NCBI GenBank assembly: GCA_002269645.1
Contig: NIVC01000468.1
Location: forward strand, 16,674 to 80,673
Reading direction: 5' to 3'
Length of the DNA: 64,000 nt
DNA from: Macrostomum lignano
Taxonomy: Eukaryota
Under the pieces are notes generated by a model. That model did not search any database, was not told the origin of the DNA, and worked only from the letters and a program-made list of their open reading frames with translations. Positions 13,930-25,500 of the stretch are shown here, in pieces; position 1 is the first letter of the stretch; every line of letters starts with the position of its first letter. A program made the translations under genes and the position numbers.

Positions 13930-14790
13930 AAGGAGCACAGAATTATGATGCCGAATTTGAGGAATTCATCAATTGGCTTGAGAACGCGGCTAATTTTTGG
14001 CGACTTTTACCGGAGCTTCCTAATATACTGAGGATGTCACGGGGAAGCTGGACGCGGCTGTAATTGAATCAATGCCGCGAACAACGCAGGAGCAAATGCG
14101 ACGACATGGGGAAGCTTTGGAGAAATTTATGAAGGAGCACACGCTTGAAGACTGTGCCGTGGAAACTTAAAACGAATATCTACGGTTATTTTTATTTCGG
14201 TTTTAAGAAACAAATGTGGAAAGCTTTATGCGCCTGCAAGCCTGTGCATTCGAGCAGGCATCCAGCGGTCCTTCACGGTCCAATACCTTCAGCTGGTCAC
14301 GAAGCATTCGGTGAACTAGTTGCGTTGAGAATAATTTGCAAGCTCCAACATAATGCTAAAGGTGAAGGTGTCTATGGATCTTAGGCTGACTAAGCCTGAA
14401 ATAACGGCGCGCAATGTAACGATATATACTACTGATTTTTTTCGTCAGCAATTGCGTAAGCTGAAGTCGCGTAGCAGCTAGCTGAAGCTTAGTAAATCAA
14501 TTGCTGCCGTGAAAGAATCTGTCTTTGTCGTTATTGTACCCTTTGTCATGAAATTTATAGTTGCCGGATTTCTAGTCAATTCTGCTGTCTATGGCACTTT
14601 GAAAGAGCAGTAAAGCTAAATCAGTCAATCGTCTATGGTAATGTGTGACATTAAGTATATGTTATTCCCCACTTGTTTTATTTTTTTTCGTCGTCTTTGC
14701 TTCGCCTCGAGTTATTTTGCTTCGCCTCGGCCAATAAACGCGTCCTCAGCCGCTTACGACCATAGATAAGTCAAACAAGTGGGTAATGAT
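13930..14790 (+). mobile_element. Decayed Crypton-like (tyrosine recombinase / DUF3504-type) element remnant
   Basis: Frameshifted plus-strand translation gives ...ESMPRTTQEQMRRHGEALEKFMKEH...NEYLRLF / LRNKCGKLYAPASLCIRAGIQRSF, resembling the LR-K-G-Y-P-SL-IRAGIQR motif as I recall it from Crypton/ZMYM-related proteins; downstream 15-bp inverted repeat (14664-14678 / 14773-14787) encloses two TTTGCTTCGCCTCG copies. Confidence 0.55.
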
Positions 14791-15811
14791 ATATTTATTA
14801 CTCAGTTCGTGTCAAGCAACAGAAATTCTAAAGTTCTAAATTCTAAAGCAAATAAATTTCTTTCGCATCAAATAAATGCTTTTCTTTGTCTATGACCGGG
14901 CCTAACTGGGTAATAAATTATCGCTGCGCCTTATGTATAATGATCAAAATTCATGTGGTTGTTGCACAGACAACAACTGAACTGACATATGCTTAAACAG
15001 CAAGTCGACACAGGGCATGACTTAACGTCACGAATCTACTGCTTTGCAGCCTGTGGCACTCCCACTCTCTTCTTACACCGAAGAGTGGATTCTGCGGTGT
15101 TCCAGTGACTTCAGTTCTAATTAACATCCTTTTTGAAATTTTGTCCAGTTGCAACAGGGGTTATATTTCTCGAAAATTAATTGCTACAAGCATTTAGCTC
15201 TAATATATTCTTACACAAATACGACAAAACTACGTCATTCGGACTTTAAAAGATTGACAATCGGTTATTAAAATTATTTAAATAAATAAAACAGCCCTGA
15301 TTTCTCTCAAGCAACTGCAGTGTTGCCAAGCGACTTTTTGTGACCTGGGACGGCTGTTTATCTCTATGTAAAGCAGATTGACTTGTACAGAGATCGTTAA
15401 TGAAAAAAAATTATTTTCGAAATTATTGGAATACGACTCGACAAATCAAGATTGAACATGACGATATGAAGGCATGAAGGCAGGATGTTTGGTAGTAAAT
15501 GGAGTGAGCCAAATTGCCAGGCCCCAACGTTTTAATATTCAGTGAGTCAACGATGAATAATATGGAAACACACACTTAGATCGGTATTAAAAATCATAGG
15601 GCCTAGTGCATTTTATTGTAAGGGATCCTTTCACTGTAGAAGCAATGACTGATATTGTTTATAGATAGTGATACAAACGATATAATCATAATTACGCAAT
15701 GTCCGAGCAAAATTATAGCACCATTGCTACTAAGCATTAATAAAACTGAATTTCAGTATGCGATTATGCTCATCATCTCCGTCCAGTTCGTGGACCTAAA
15801 TATGTGCATTT

Positions 15812-18249
15812 CTACCTAAACTTGCCGGACCGACGAAGTTGGACGTAAGCTAGCACCAGAAATCCAAAAATGAAGCCGCCCAGTGCAATTTCATTGATCC
15901 ACAAGTCTATTTCGTTTTCGTATGGAATTCCCTGGTCGCTTAAGTACTTGTTGCCGAGATCGAAACAGATGTTAGCTGTTTCGTTGCAGAATTGCAGATC
16001 CTTCATCTCGTTGATGCTCAGCGCGTTCATGCTGTACCGGAAGATGCTGAGGTACTTAGCCCAGCTCAGCCATTCTCCCATTGTTGAGACATTCACCAGC
16101 AGGCCTGCGAACACCATCATGAAGACGAATGACAGCGCCAGGAAGATGGTAGCAATGGCGAACACCGAAACTGTGGCGCTAAGGAAGAAGGCCAAACTCG
16201 AACCGGCCATTGAAACCAGTAGCAGATTTAAAAAGTACACAAAGAACTTGTCCAACCTTGGATTCAAACCGATCATGAAGTAGGAGATAGGAGAGTACAG
16301 CATCAGAGGCACAAGTCGCATTGGTATCAGGTCGCAGAACACCTTAGCTAGAAAGTACACGGACACGCGGTAGTAACCAGATACGCTTTCGTGGACAAAT
16401 ATGGTGCGCTCGTGCAGAAACAGCTCCAGAGCGCCCATGTTGCCGAAGACCATGTTCATTGTGGTGAAGAAGAACACGCCCACTCGATTCTGCACGCCGG
16501 AAATCGTGTCAGCCGGTATCTGCAGGTAGATGAGGCCGACAAGCACGCTAAACAGAACGTTGAGCACTAGCTGGGCTATGGACGTTTGCGGGTTCCGCAG
16601 CAGATTTTTTGTTGCCCGTTGTGACACGACGGCCAACTGGCGGAAAAACGACGTCTGGTAAGTCGGATTATTTGCTGTCGACTGCGGTCGGTAGCCCCGC
16701 ATTTGGCGATTGCTGAAAGCCTCCAAAACCGGAGCGATTCGAGCGTTGACGTCGCGCCACACCTCGGAGCCCTGCAAAGGCGAGTATGTGCTCGCGTGGT
16801 GCAATTTACCTCGTATATGAATACAGTAGTTGCGTTGTAAACATCAAAAACAACTTAAAATCATTCTGATTTTTACCTGATACGTCGCAACAAGCCATCC
16901 TTGAACACTGTCCTGATGATCAAAGTTAACCTTCACCGCTGCTGAATCGACTTCAGTTGGTCTCGCGTCGCCACTCAAGATGTCCATGTAGAAATCAAGC
17001 GGGTTGTTGTGCATCTCGCAGACGTAGCCGAGGCGCTGGAAATAGTCAAGCGAAGTGACACTGTCACCATGATAGACAATCTGACCTTTAGACAGCAGAG
17101 TCAGCGAGTCGAATGTCTTGAAAATTTCGTAGCGTGGCTGATGAATGGAGAAGATGATTGTTGTGCCTCGGCGCGAGATGTTCCTTAGAATCCGCATCAC
17201 CGAGTTGGCAGTGCTGGCGTCAAGACCTGAGCCGAGAGAGGAAAATAATGAGTGGTAGTTCTTATAATACGGAATTAGAAGACTTTGGAATGTTGTTTAA
17301 ATCGTGGTAGTTCTTATAATACGGAATTAGAAGACTTTGGAATGTTGTTTAAATCAATCAAAATCGGCAAGCCAAAAAGCTTCGACGGAATTTTAGTTGA
17401 AGGAGTAGTTAGCGCAATGTGCACTCTGCATTTGCATATCGACAAGAGTGTCTTAGGTTTGATACAGCATCGATCTCATATGGCTACGAGCGTATGCTTG
17501 TTCTGCTTGACAGAAGATTGCGACCTTATCGGCTCTTCGCAGTCTAAGAATATCAACAATGGTTTTCTAAGAAATCCTAGATATCCAGCAGCAGTCCAAA
17601 AAACATCTCGATCTTTCTCACCAGTCGTCGGCTCGTCCAGAAACAGCACTTTAGGCGAGGCGATGAGCTCCATTCCGATGCTGGTTCGTCGACGCTCGCC
17701 GCCAGAGACGCCTCGAGTCAGCTGCGTCCCGATGCGGCTGTCGGCTACCCCGGTCAGTCCCAGCTGGTCCAGCAGCTCCGCGACGCGTCTGCCTCGGTCG
17801 TACCGGCTGACACTTGCCGGAAGTCGGAGAGCCGCACTGAACAGCAGGTTCTCGCGCACTGTCAGCGTGCCCATGACAACGTCCTCTTGAACAACGTAGC
17901 CGCTGACGCATTTGAAATTCTTCGGCGGCGGCTCGCCATTGATCAGAATGGTGCCAGTCAGATTCTGCGGGTTCTTTCGTCCGGCGATGACATCCAGGAG
18001 GCTGGACTTACCCGAACCTGTTGGCCCCAGCACGGCGTTCATGCCAGGCTGAAACACGCCGCTAACTCCGAGCAGGATTTCCTTTCGCTCCGGAGGAAAG
18101 CAGCATGGCGGGCCGCGTCGGATGAGCAGAGAATATCTCACACTGTTGAAGGTCACCGTGGCGGCTTCTGCAGCACCGGAGTGTGGGCTAGCAGTGGCTG
18201 AGTAGCTCGCATTAGCGCGCGAAGAAAGCAAGCCGTCTTGCTCAGACAT
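15812..18249 (-). CDS. ABCG2: ABCG2-like ABC half transporter (NBD-TMD), 3 exons, about 645 aa
   Basis: Exons 18249-17622, 17226-16877, 16771-15812 joined by in-phase GT-AG introns; Walker A GPTGSGKS, signature VSGGERRRTSIG, Walker B LFLDE, H-loop FSIHQP, ABC2-type membrane domain with FFFTTMNMVF and ERTIFVHESVSGYY motifs. Confidence 0.95.
17252..17355. repeat. Exact 52-bp tandem duplication in ABCG2 intron 1
   Basis: GTGGTAGTTCTTATAATACGGAATTAGAAGACTTTGGAATGTTGTTTAAATC at 17252-17303 and 17304-17355. Confidence 0.9.
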
Positions 18250-19026
18250 GACGGTTCTGTCCCTCGAATTGCACCACTTGCAATTTCTTCTTACCAACCT
18301 GAATTCACTTTCGTCTCCTCCAAGCTATCCGCTGAAGCGTTATAAGCATTTTTCAGTGTGCGATAAAGAAATCTTTCTAAAAACTTCTACCCTGCTTCTA
18401 CACTCGCAAGATCTACTGACGATTGTGCGAGTATTTCTCGTCGTCTATTTTTAGCAGTGTTGCAGACGTTTAAAGCACAATTTTCTGTTCACGTACATGT
18501 CGCCTGTGGACTGCAAATCACTTATGTGACTTTTCTGGCGAGGTAACTAGACATTTTTGGTACCACGAAAGGTTGGTACCAAAGAAGGCCAGTCTATGCT
18601 ACTTTCACATTGATCCTGACATGCAATGCAGCTATAAATGCTCTCATTAATTGCAATATGCGTGGTGAAATGTTTTAAGTTAGCTTATTCACATATAATG
18701 CTGAAAATTCTTTAGTGTAGCGTATTTTAATTAAAGTTCTTCTCGGCTATTCATCTCCTCATTTCAGAGTTTTAACAGCTACGTATACATGCACGTTTAA
18801 ACTTACATTCCGTTTGTGTTTGGTAAAATGTTGTGTCACCAAATTAATCAAAATGTAACTAACTCAAAATTTTTCACTTTCTGTCTGTAGATCTCTAATG
18901 TATTGTTCTAACGGTTTTTAAAGCAATTTTTAAAAGTAAAAAATAGCAGCGATAAAAAGTCAATATCATCAGCACAGACTGCTCTTTATTTTTCACCGGC
19001 TTGAAGCGAAAGACGCTACGCACTTA

Positions 19027-20261
19027 CACTCAGCGCAACATTGAAAAGTGTCCACCCTAGCGCGCAAAGGGTCAACGTTTTGGTGGGTGGAGATATTCGT
19101 GGTTTGATCGCCATAGACAAATATATAATCCGGATTCGAACGAAGCAAAGGAACAGCAAAGAAACAAAGTACACGAGCATGGGTGACAACTTGCCCAGAA
19201 CAGGGTCAGTAACGCGTATAGCAGCCACGTGCGTGCAGCAGAGCGCTCACTCTCCGGGGCATCCCCAGAGAACCAGGCGTCGCAGAAAATCTTGCGGTAG
19301 TATAGTTGTTGCCAATTGCCATGCAGTAGACAGTGATTCGCGCAGTTAGGATTGCTGTGTGCGACCGCCCAATTTGGCGAGCAACAGCTCGGATGGACAT
19401 CCCAGCGTCCAGCATGCCAATGGCGTGCGCTCGTTCGATCCATCCAGGTCGGTCATTTGGCAAACCATTGCGTTCGGTTGCGAACGTAGATTTTAGACTC
19501 CTGTAAGCTGCTGCTGTCTGCTCCATGCAAAGAGTATTGAGGTCGCCTAGTATAGAGTGCCAATAAGGATGAAAATCTGAAGCCGATTTTTAGAATCCAC
19601 CCACCCCCTCCGGTCACCAAGCTTTTTAGTCTATGACACAAGTTGTGGCTAGAATGGTGTCAAAGCCGATGCTTAAGATTCATACAGATGCATCAGAAAC
19701 GCAGTTTTTGCAATTAGCTACCGCGCACTTTAGTGGCAAGGCTGTTGTTATTCAGACGTAAGGGCTATATGGCATGGCTGTTACGGAGTTGTGTATCGAC
19801 GACGGCAACTGAGTCTGGTGACTGAGCGATGTTGTCTTGCTTATTTGATACATGCATTTTCTAAGTGTGAAATATCTTATATTTCTGAGCATCGGCTTTG
19901 TACACCATTCTAGCCACAACTTGTGCCATAGACTAAAAAGCTTGGTGACCGGAGGGGGTGGGTGGATTCTAAAAATCGGCTTCAGATTTTCGTCCTTATT
20001 GGCACTCTATACTATGGCGACCTCAATACTCTTTGGCTCCATGTGACACTGTTTCCTTCGACCTGTCTGGCGTCTATGACCCAAGTTTTTGTCTATGGCC
20101 CAAGTGCGTGTTGACGAAATTATCAAACGTCTATGGCACAAGTGCGTGTTGACGAAATTATCAAATCGTCTATGCAAGTCTGCTGGCGACAAAAACCAGT
20201 TTTGAAACTCTAAATATACGCGGCTGGCGCGAGGGTGGAAACTTTTCGATGTTGCTGAGTG
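19027..20261 (-). mobile_element. Internally deleted Tc1/mariner element with TA TSD and decayed transposase N-terminus
   Basis: TA|CACTCAGCGCAACATTGAAAAGTGTCCACCC at 19025-19057 and GGGTGGAAACTTTTCGATGTTGCTGAGTG|TA ending 20261-20263 (imperfect TIRs of about 35 bp); minus-strand ERAHAIGMLDAGMSIRAVARQIGRSHTAI is a Tc1-type HTH; no DDE domain retained. Confidence 0.85.
19528..20035. mobile_element. Long-TIR MITE (hAT/P-type, 8-bp TSD) nested in the Tc1 element
   Basis: Arms 19528-19673 and 19888-20035 are inverted copies differing by 2 substitutions and 2 single-base indels; ends CAAAG...CTTTG; TSD GCTCCATG at 19520-19527 and 20036-20043. Confidence 0.9.
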
Positions 20262-21722
20262 TATATTGAAGTGCCGAGGAGCCCAAATGGAGAGAAAGAG
20301 CAATTTACGAACGCCATTTGGTACTCGTTGGTTTACGACACAATAACCAACAACGCGTTATGAGCTTTATTATGTATGACACACAGGTGTGCATGAGAAT
20401 CGCTGGTCGCTACACGGTTGATAAATTTGTATTATCAGCATTCTTTCAACCTGAATAAGGAGCGCCCTACTTATATTGCTATGACCATTTTATTACGATG
20501 TGTTTACTGAATACTGTTTCTTAAAGATTCAACGGTATTAAAAACTAGATTAAATTATCGCTACGAAAAAACAAACTTTTAAAGACTACAATCAGCAGTA
20601 ATGCTACAAAAACTTTTTTAACTAAATTGTGAAACAAAATTTGTATCTTAAGTTTATTTAAATATTACCATATCTTTTGAGAATGACAGCTCAAAAACAT
20701 ACTTCTTTTTTAAGTTGAGGAAATAATGAAAATTTTCGACATGAATAATCACTTATCACTCACTATCGAATGGCGACAATACATGTATATAGATAATTTC
20801 GGAAATCTGATTAAGGCTTCTTTCCTATAGGCTGTAATATAAAAGTTTACCTTTGCGAATTTGAAAGATGGGCGTAAGAAATTACAATAGTTTTTTCAAT
20901 ATATATATTTCTGTGCACTATATCTAAACTGCTGTGCTTAGTATAGTAACTACAGTAATTAAGGTTTCGATGTTGTGCCTCACGTGGCCCTGCTATTTTA
21001 TAATAATTGTCATAACCAATCAAAGAATTCATTAATTGAATACAGCAGCCGTACTACTGCTATCTACGATTAGCTTATGTTCACAGAGTCAAATCGCTTT
21101 AGTCTAATCTCATGGACTAAGACAAGAGCAGACATTTGCGTTTTTTTAGTTAAATGGCTTATTAGTTAAATTTTCATTCCAACATCTAGCCTAGCCCTCA
21201 ACAGTGAACACCCAAGAACCTCTGAGAAAATGCAAATACAGAGGGTTTAAACTTACAGAGGGTGAGAGGGTGTCTTGATCATGAATAGTATAGCTACACC
21301 TAAACTAAATTTGATGACTTGATTTATCTCTAGTGTAGTGTGATTATTTTAGTTCAAATATTTTTTCCTTTTTGTTCTAAACACAAGATATCTTAGTTAT
21401 TAATGTCCTAAGTAGTCTACTTAAAGGGAGTCAGATAAAAGTGCCACCTGGGCTTATATTTTGTAAAAAAATTATATATTTATCTATATTTAAATTATAA
21501 TTTTTTCTAGTTCTTCTCTAGATGGCAATGTAAATACCAAATAGATAGCTAGTCTTTTCTCCTAATTGTATCTAATCTATATTAGCATATCTTTTATAGT
21601 AAGATTAGGCCTGGCCTATAAAGAATGTTTTTGTTTTTTATTTTGTTATTTTGTTATTTTGATTTTAATTTAATTTGAATATATATTTTTATATTTTATT
21701 TTAAAATATAGATCTATATGAC

Positions 21723-22093
21723 CCATAGTTAGGAAAGTGGCACAATGTGCGCCAGAATAAATTTTTTGGGACAATCTGTGCGCCGTCTATGCGCCATTTA
21801 TGTGCCAACTATGTGCCATATCTGTGCCTTTATATTATGTATTTTACATAATTTACAAAATTCTTAGAATTCATGCAGACTCAAAATGCTATGCCAGTTT
21901 TATGCTAATAAAGATTCAATTCTGATTCCTTATGCACCAAAGTTGTGCACAGCACCGCATATGTCAGGGACCTTATGCGCCACAATTATGCATCACATGC
22001 GCTAGGGACCTCAGTGTGCACCATGATTGTGCGCCAAGGACCCCTTGTGTGCGCTGGAATTTTCCATGGTGAAGGCCACCTTCCTGACTATGG
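21723..22093. mobile_element. MITE with about 20-bp TIRs and near-perfect 8-bp TSD
   Basis: CCATAGTTAGGAAAGTGGC at 21723 vs GCCACCTTCCTGACTATGG ending 22093; flanks TATATGAC / TGTATGAC; interior full of TGTGCGCC/TATGCGCC sub-repeats. Confidence 0.75.
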
Positions 22094-22535
22094 TGTATGA
22101 CTATATCATTAAATATCATCTAGCTTATATATATACTTAGCAACAGTCAAAAGCTCCACTTGTACAAATCATGTCTAGTTAGGGAGAAAACTGCTTATTT
22201 AAAATGCAAATAAAAATGAGTAAGAATATCATTGCTTGGTAGATGGAACTTTTCCTGTTTTGGGGTATATAGGCATTTATGTTAGTTCTCTATTAACCTT
22301 TAGTCTATTAAGCTTATGTCTTTGACTTTGTACATTAGTTTAAGCTATACTATACTTATAAGTTGTGTTAATGAAAATCTTGAGTTATTTTATATATTGT
22401 AGATTGAAAAATCACTAATTTAGCTTGTTATTTTTTAAATATAAAAATGAAAATATTTAAATTTATAATACTTCTTTATTTATTGCTTGTTATAAATTTC
22501 TATTTTTATAATCAATATTGTTTAATGCATGAGAA

Positions 22536-25500
22536 ATGCTCTTTGCAGTAACAGGATTTCTAATAGTTGCTGTAACCAGTGTATTGAGTGACCAACTTGA
22601 AGTCCATTTAGTAAGTGGAATTTTGTGCTATTTTTTAGTTTATATTTATTTCATTGCTAATATAGAAAGTGTACTTTAATAAATTGGCTCACTTTTATTT
22701 TAGACTGACCACAAGACAAATGTGACAGACACAAAATTCTGTTCTGCTGAGACTGCCAGCTTTGGCTCCTCCTATCTGTTTTGGTCTATGCAGGTAATGA
22801 TTCTATTTTAAAGTTGCTTATTTAAACCAATCGATCTTACTTTAGATGCTAATTATGTTTCTTTGGGTTAAATATGATGTTTTAATTGTCCATACAAACA
22901 AAATCCAGGGCATTGTTGTGAACACGTCTCCCATGAATGCCTGCCATTCTGTGCAGCCGCCGCCTCACCTGCGCAACGATTCGTTGGCCTGGATTGCCCT
23001 GGTAACCAGGGACTCCAGCCTCTCCACTGGTTGCCCATTCGATGTAAAAGTGCTCAATGCCCAAACAGCTGGCTATAATGCTGTGCTGGTGCAGAATTAT
23101 AAGGACAACTTGATCATCATGCAGTCATCTAGATGTAAGGCTTATTCTGGGGTATGAGATTTCAGAATCTGGGATTGGGGATCTGAGAGTTGAGGATATG
23201 GGAATTAAGGATATAGGAGTTATGGGTCTGGAAGTTGGTTATCTGGGAGTTGGGGATCTGGGAGTTGGGGATCTGAGAGTTGGGGATCTGGGAGTTGGGG
23301 ATCTGAGAGTTGGGGATCTGGTAGTTGGGGATCTGGGAGTTGGGGATCTGAGAGTTGGAGATCTGGGAGTTGGGGATCTGTGAGTTGGGAATCTGGGAGT
23401 TGGGGATCTGGGAGTTGGGGATCTGAGAGTTGGAGATCTGGGAGTTGGGGATCTGGGAGTTGGGGATCTGGTAGTTGAGGATCTGTGAGTTGGGGATCTG
23501 GGAGTTGGGGATTTGGGAGTCGGTAATCGTTAAGCCCGATTCATTCATTCATAAGCCCGAATCGTTACGCCCAATTTCAGTCGGCAGCCGGGTGCACATT
23601 CCAGCGGCCATGGTGACCCTCGCCTGCGGCACGGTGCTCGGTGAGCGCTTCTCCTACTCCGTAGCCGCTGAGCGCTACAGCCTCAACTTTGAAGTGCCGT
23701 TCCCGTTCGACTTTCACGTCTACGTGATCTCATTTGCTGTCATTATTGGAGTCTGCCTCCTGCTGTCACTGTTGGTCTGGGTGAGTCAGGCGGAATCGAA
23801 CCCCTGTTCATCCTGTCACAACAATTTGTAGAAGCCAACCTCATATTTTAGCAATTACTGTACCGGTAAAAAACAAAATGCAGTTTTGCAACTTAATTTC
23901 ATGTTGAATAAAAATCTTAAGTAGTCATAACATGCGAGCCTCATACTATCTCATATCTCATCTGATCTCAGATATGAATCATAAATATTGGTTAATTAGA
24001 TCATAATTGAATATTGCTCCTAATCTCAAAATTATATCCATTGCTTATTCAGACAAATCCATTGCTTATTCAGTGCAGTCATATCCATTGCTTATTCAGA
24101 CAAATCCATTGCTTATTCAGACAAATCCATTGCTTATTCAGTGCAATCATATCCATTGCTTATTCAGTGCAATCATATCCATTGCTTATTCAGACAAATC
24201 CATTGCTTATTCAGTGCAATCATATCCATTGCTTATTCAGTGCAATCATATCCATTGCTTATTCAGGCATATCCATTGCTTATTCAGGCATATCCATTGC
24301 TTATTCAGACATATCCATTGCTTATTCAGACATATCCATTGCTTATTCAGACTAATCCATTGCTTATTCAGTGCAGTCATATCCATTGCTTATTCAGGCA
24401 TATCCATTGCTTATTCAGGCATATCCATTGCTTATTCAGACATATCCATTGCTTATTCAGACAAATCCATTGCTTATTCAGACAAATCCATTGCTTATTC
24501 AGACAAATCCATTGCTTATTCAGGCATATCCATTGCTTATTCAGGCATATCCATTGCTTATTTAGACAAATCCATTGCTCATTCAGTCCTATATATTGCT
24601 CATTCGGTCATACCATTTGCCTGTTGCTCATTCGGTCATACAATTTGCCTGTTGCTCATTCGGTCATACCAATTGCCTGTTGCTCATTTGGTCATACGAA
24701 TTGCCTGTTGCTCATTCGGTCATTACACTCCTGTGCATCGCAGGGCATCAAATTCTATCGCGACTGGAGGCACAGCCGAAGGAACCGATTGCCCAGGTCC
24801 AGCCTGAAGAAGCTGACGGTTAAAAAGTTTGAAAAAGGTGCTCTGTTGTGTAAAAACCGCAGGTGTATTTTCATCCTCATCACTTATCCTAAATATGCTG
24901 CTCGATTCCCATGACAGGCAAAGACTTGTACGACTGCTGCGCCATCTGCCTCGAAGACTTCGTGCCCGGCGAGAAGCTTCGGATTCTGCCTTGCAATCAC
25001 GGTGAGCGTTTCGAGGAGCCTCTCTGACTACCATGCTTCTTGGAGTTCAGTCGCAATCATTACGGGTCGTTCAGTCACTATGACAATTTTAAGTCACCTA
25101 TGACCATTTCGTCACCATGACCATTGAGTCACTATGACCATTCAGTCAGTATGATCACTCAGTCACTATGACCACTCAGTCACTATGACCACTCAGTCAC
25201 TATGACCACTCAGTCACTATGACCACTCAGTCACTATGACCACTCAGTCACTATGACCACTCAGTCACTATGACCACTCAGTCACTATGACCACTCAGTC
25301 ACTATGACCACTCAGTCACTATGACCACTCAATCACTATGACCACTCAGTCACTATGATCACTCAGTCACTATGACCACTCAATCACCATGACCACTCAG
25401 TCACTATGACCACTCAGTCGCTATGACCACTTAGTCACTATGACCACTCAGTCACTATGATCACTCAGTCACTATGATCACTCAGTCACCATGGTCACTC

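Noticed and set aside
23162-24914. Repeat-peptide ORFs (SQIPN, SIAY, IHCLF)
   Set aside because: They lie in RNF13 introns and are translations of 15- and 21-bp arrays.
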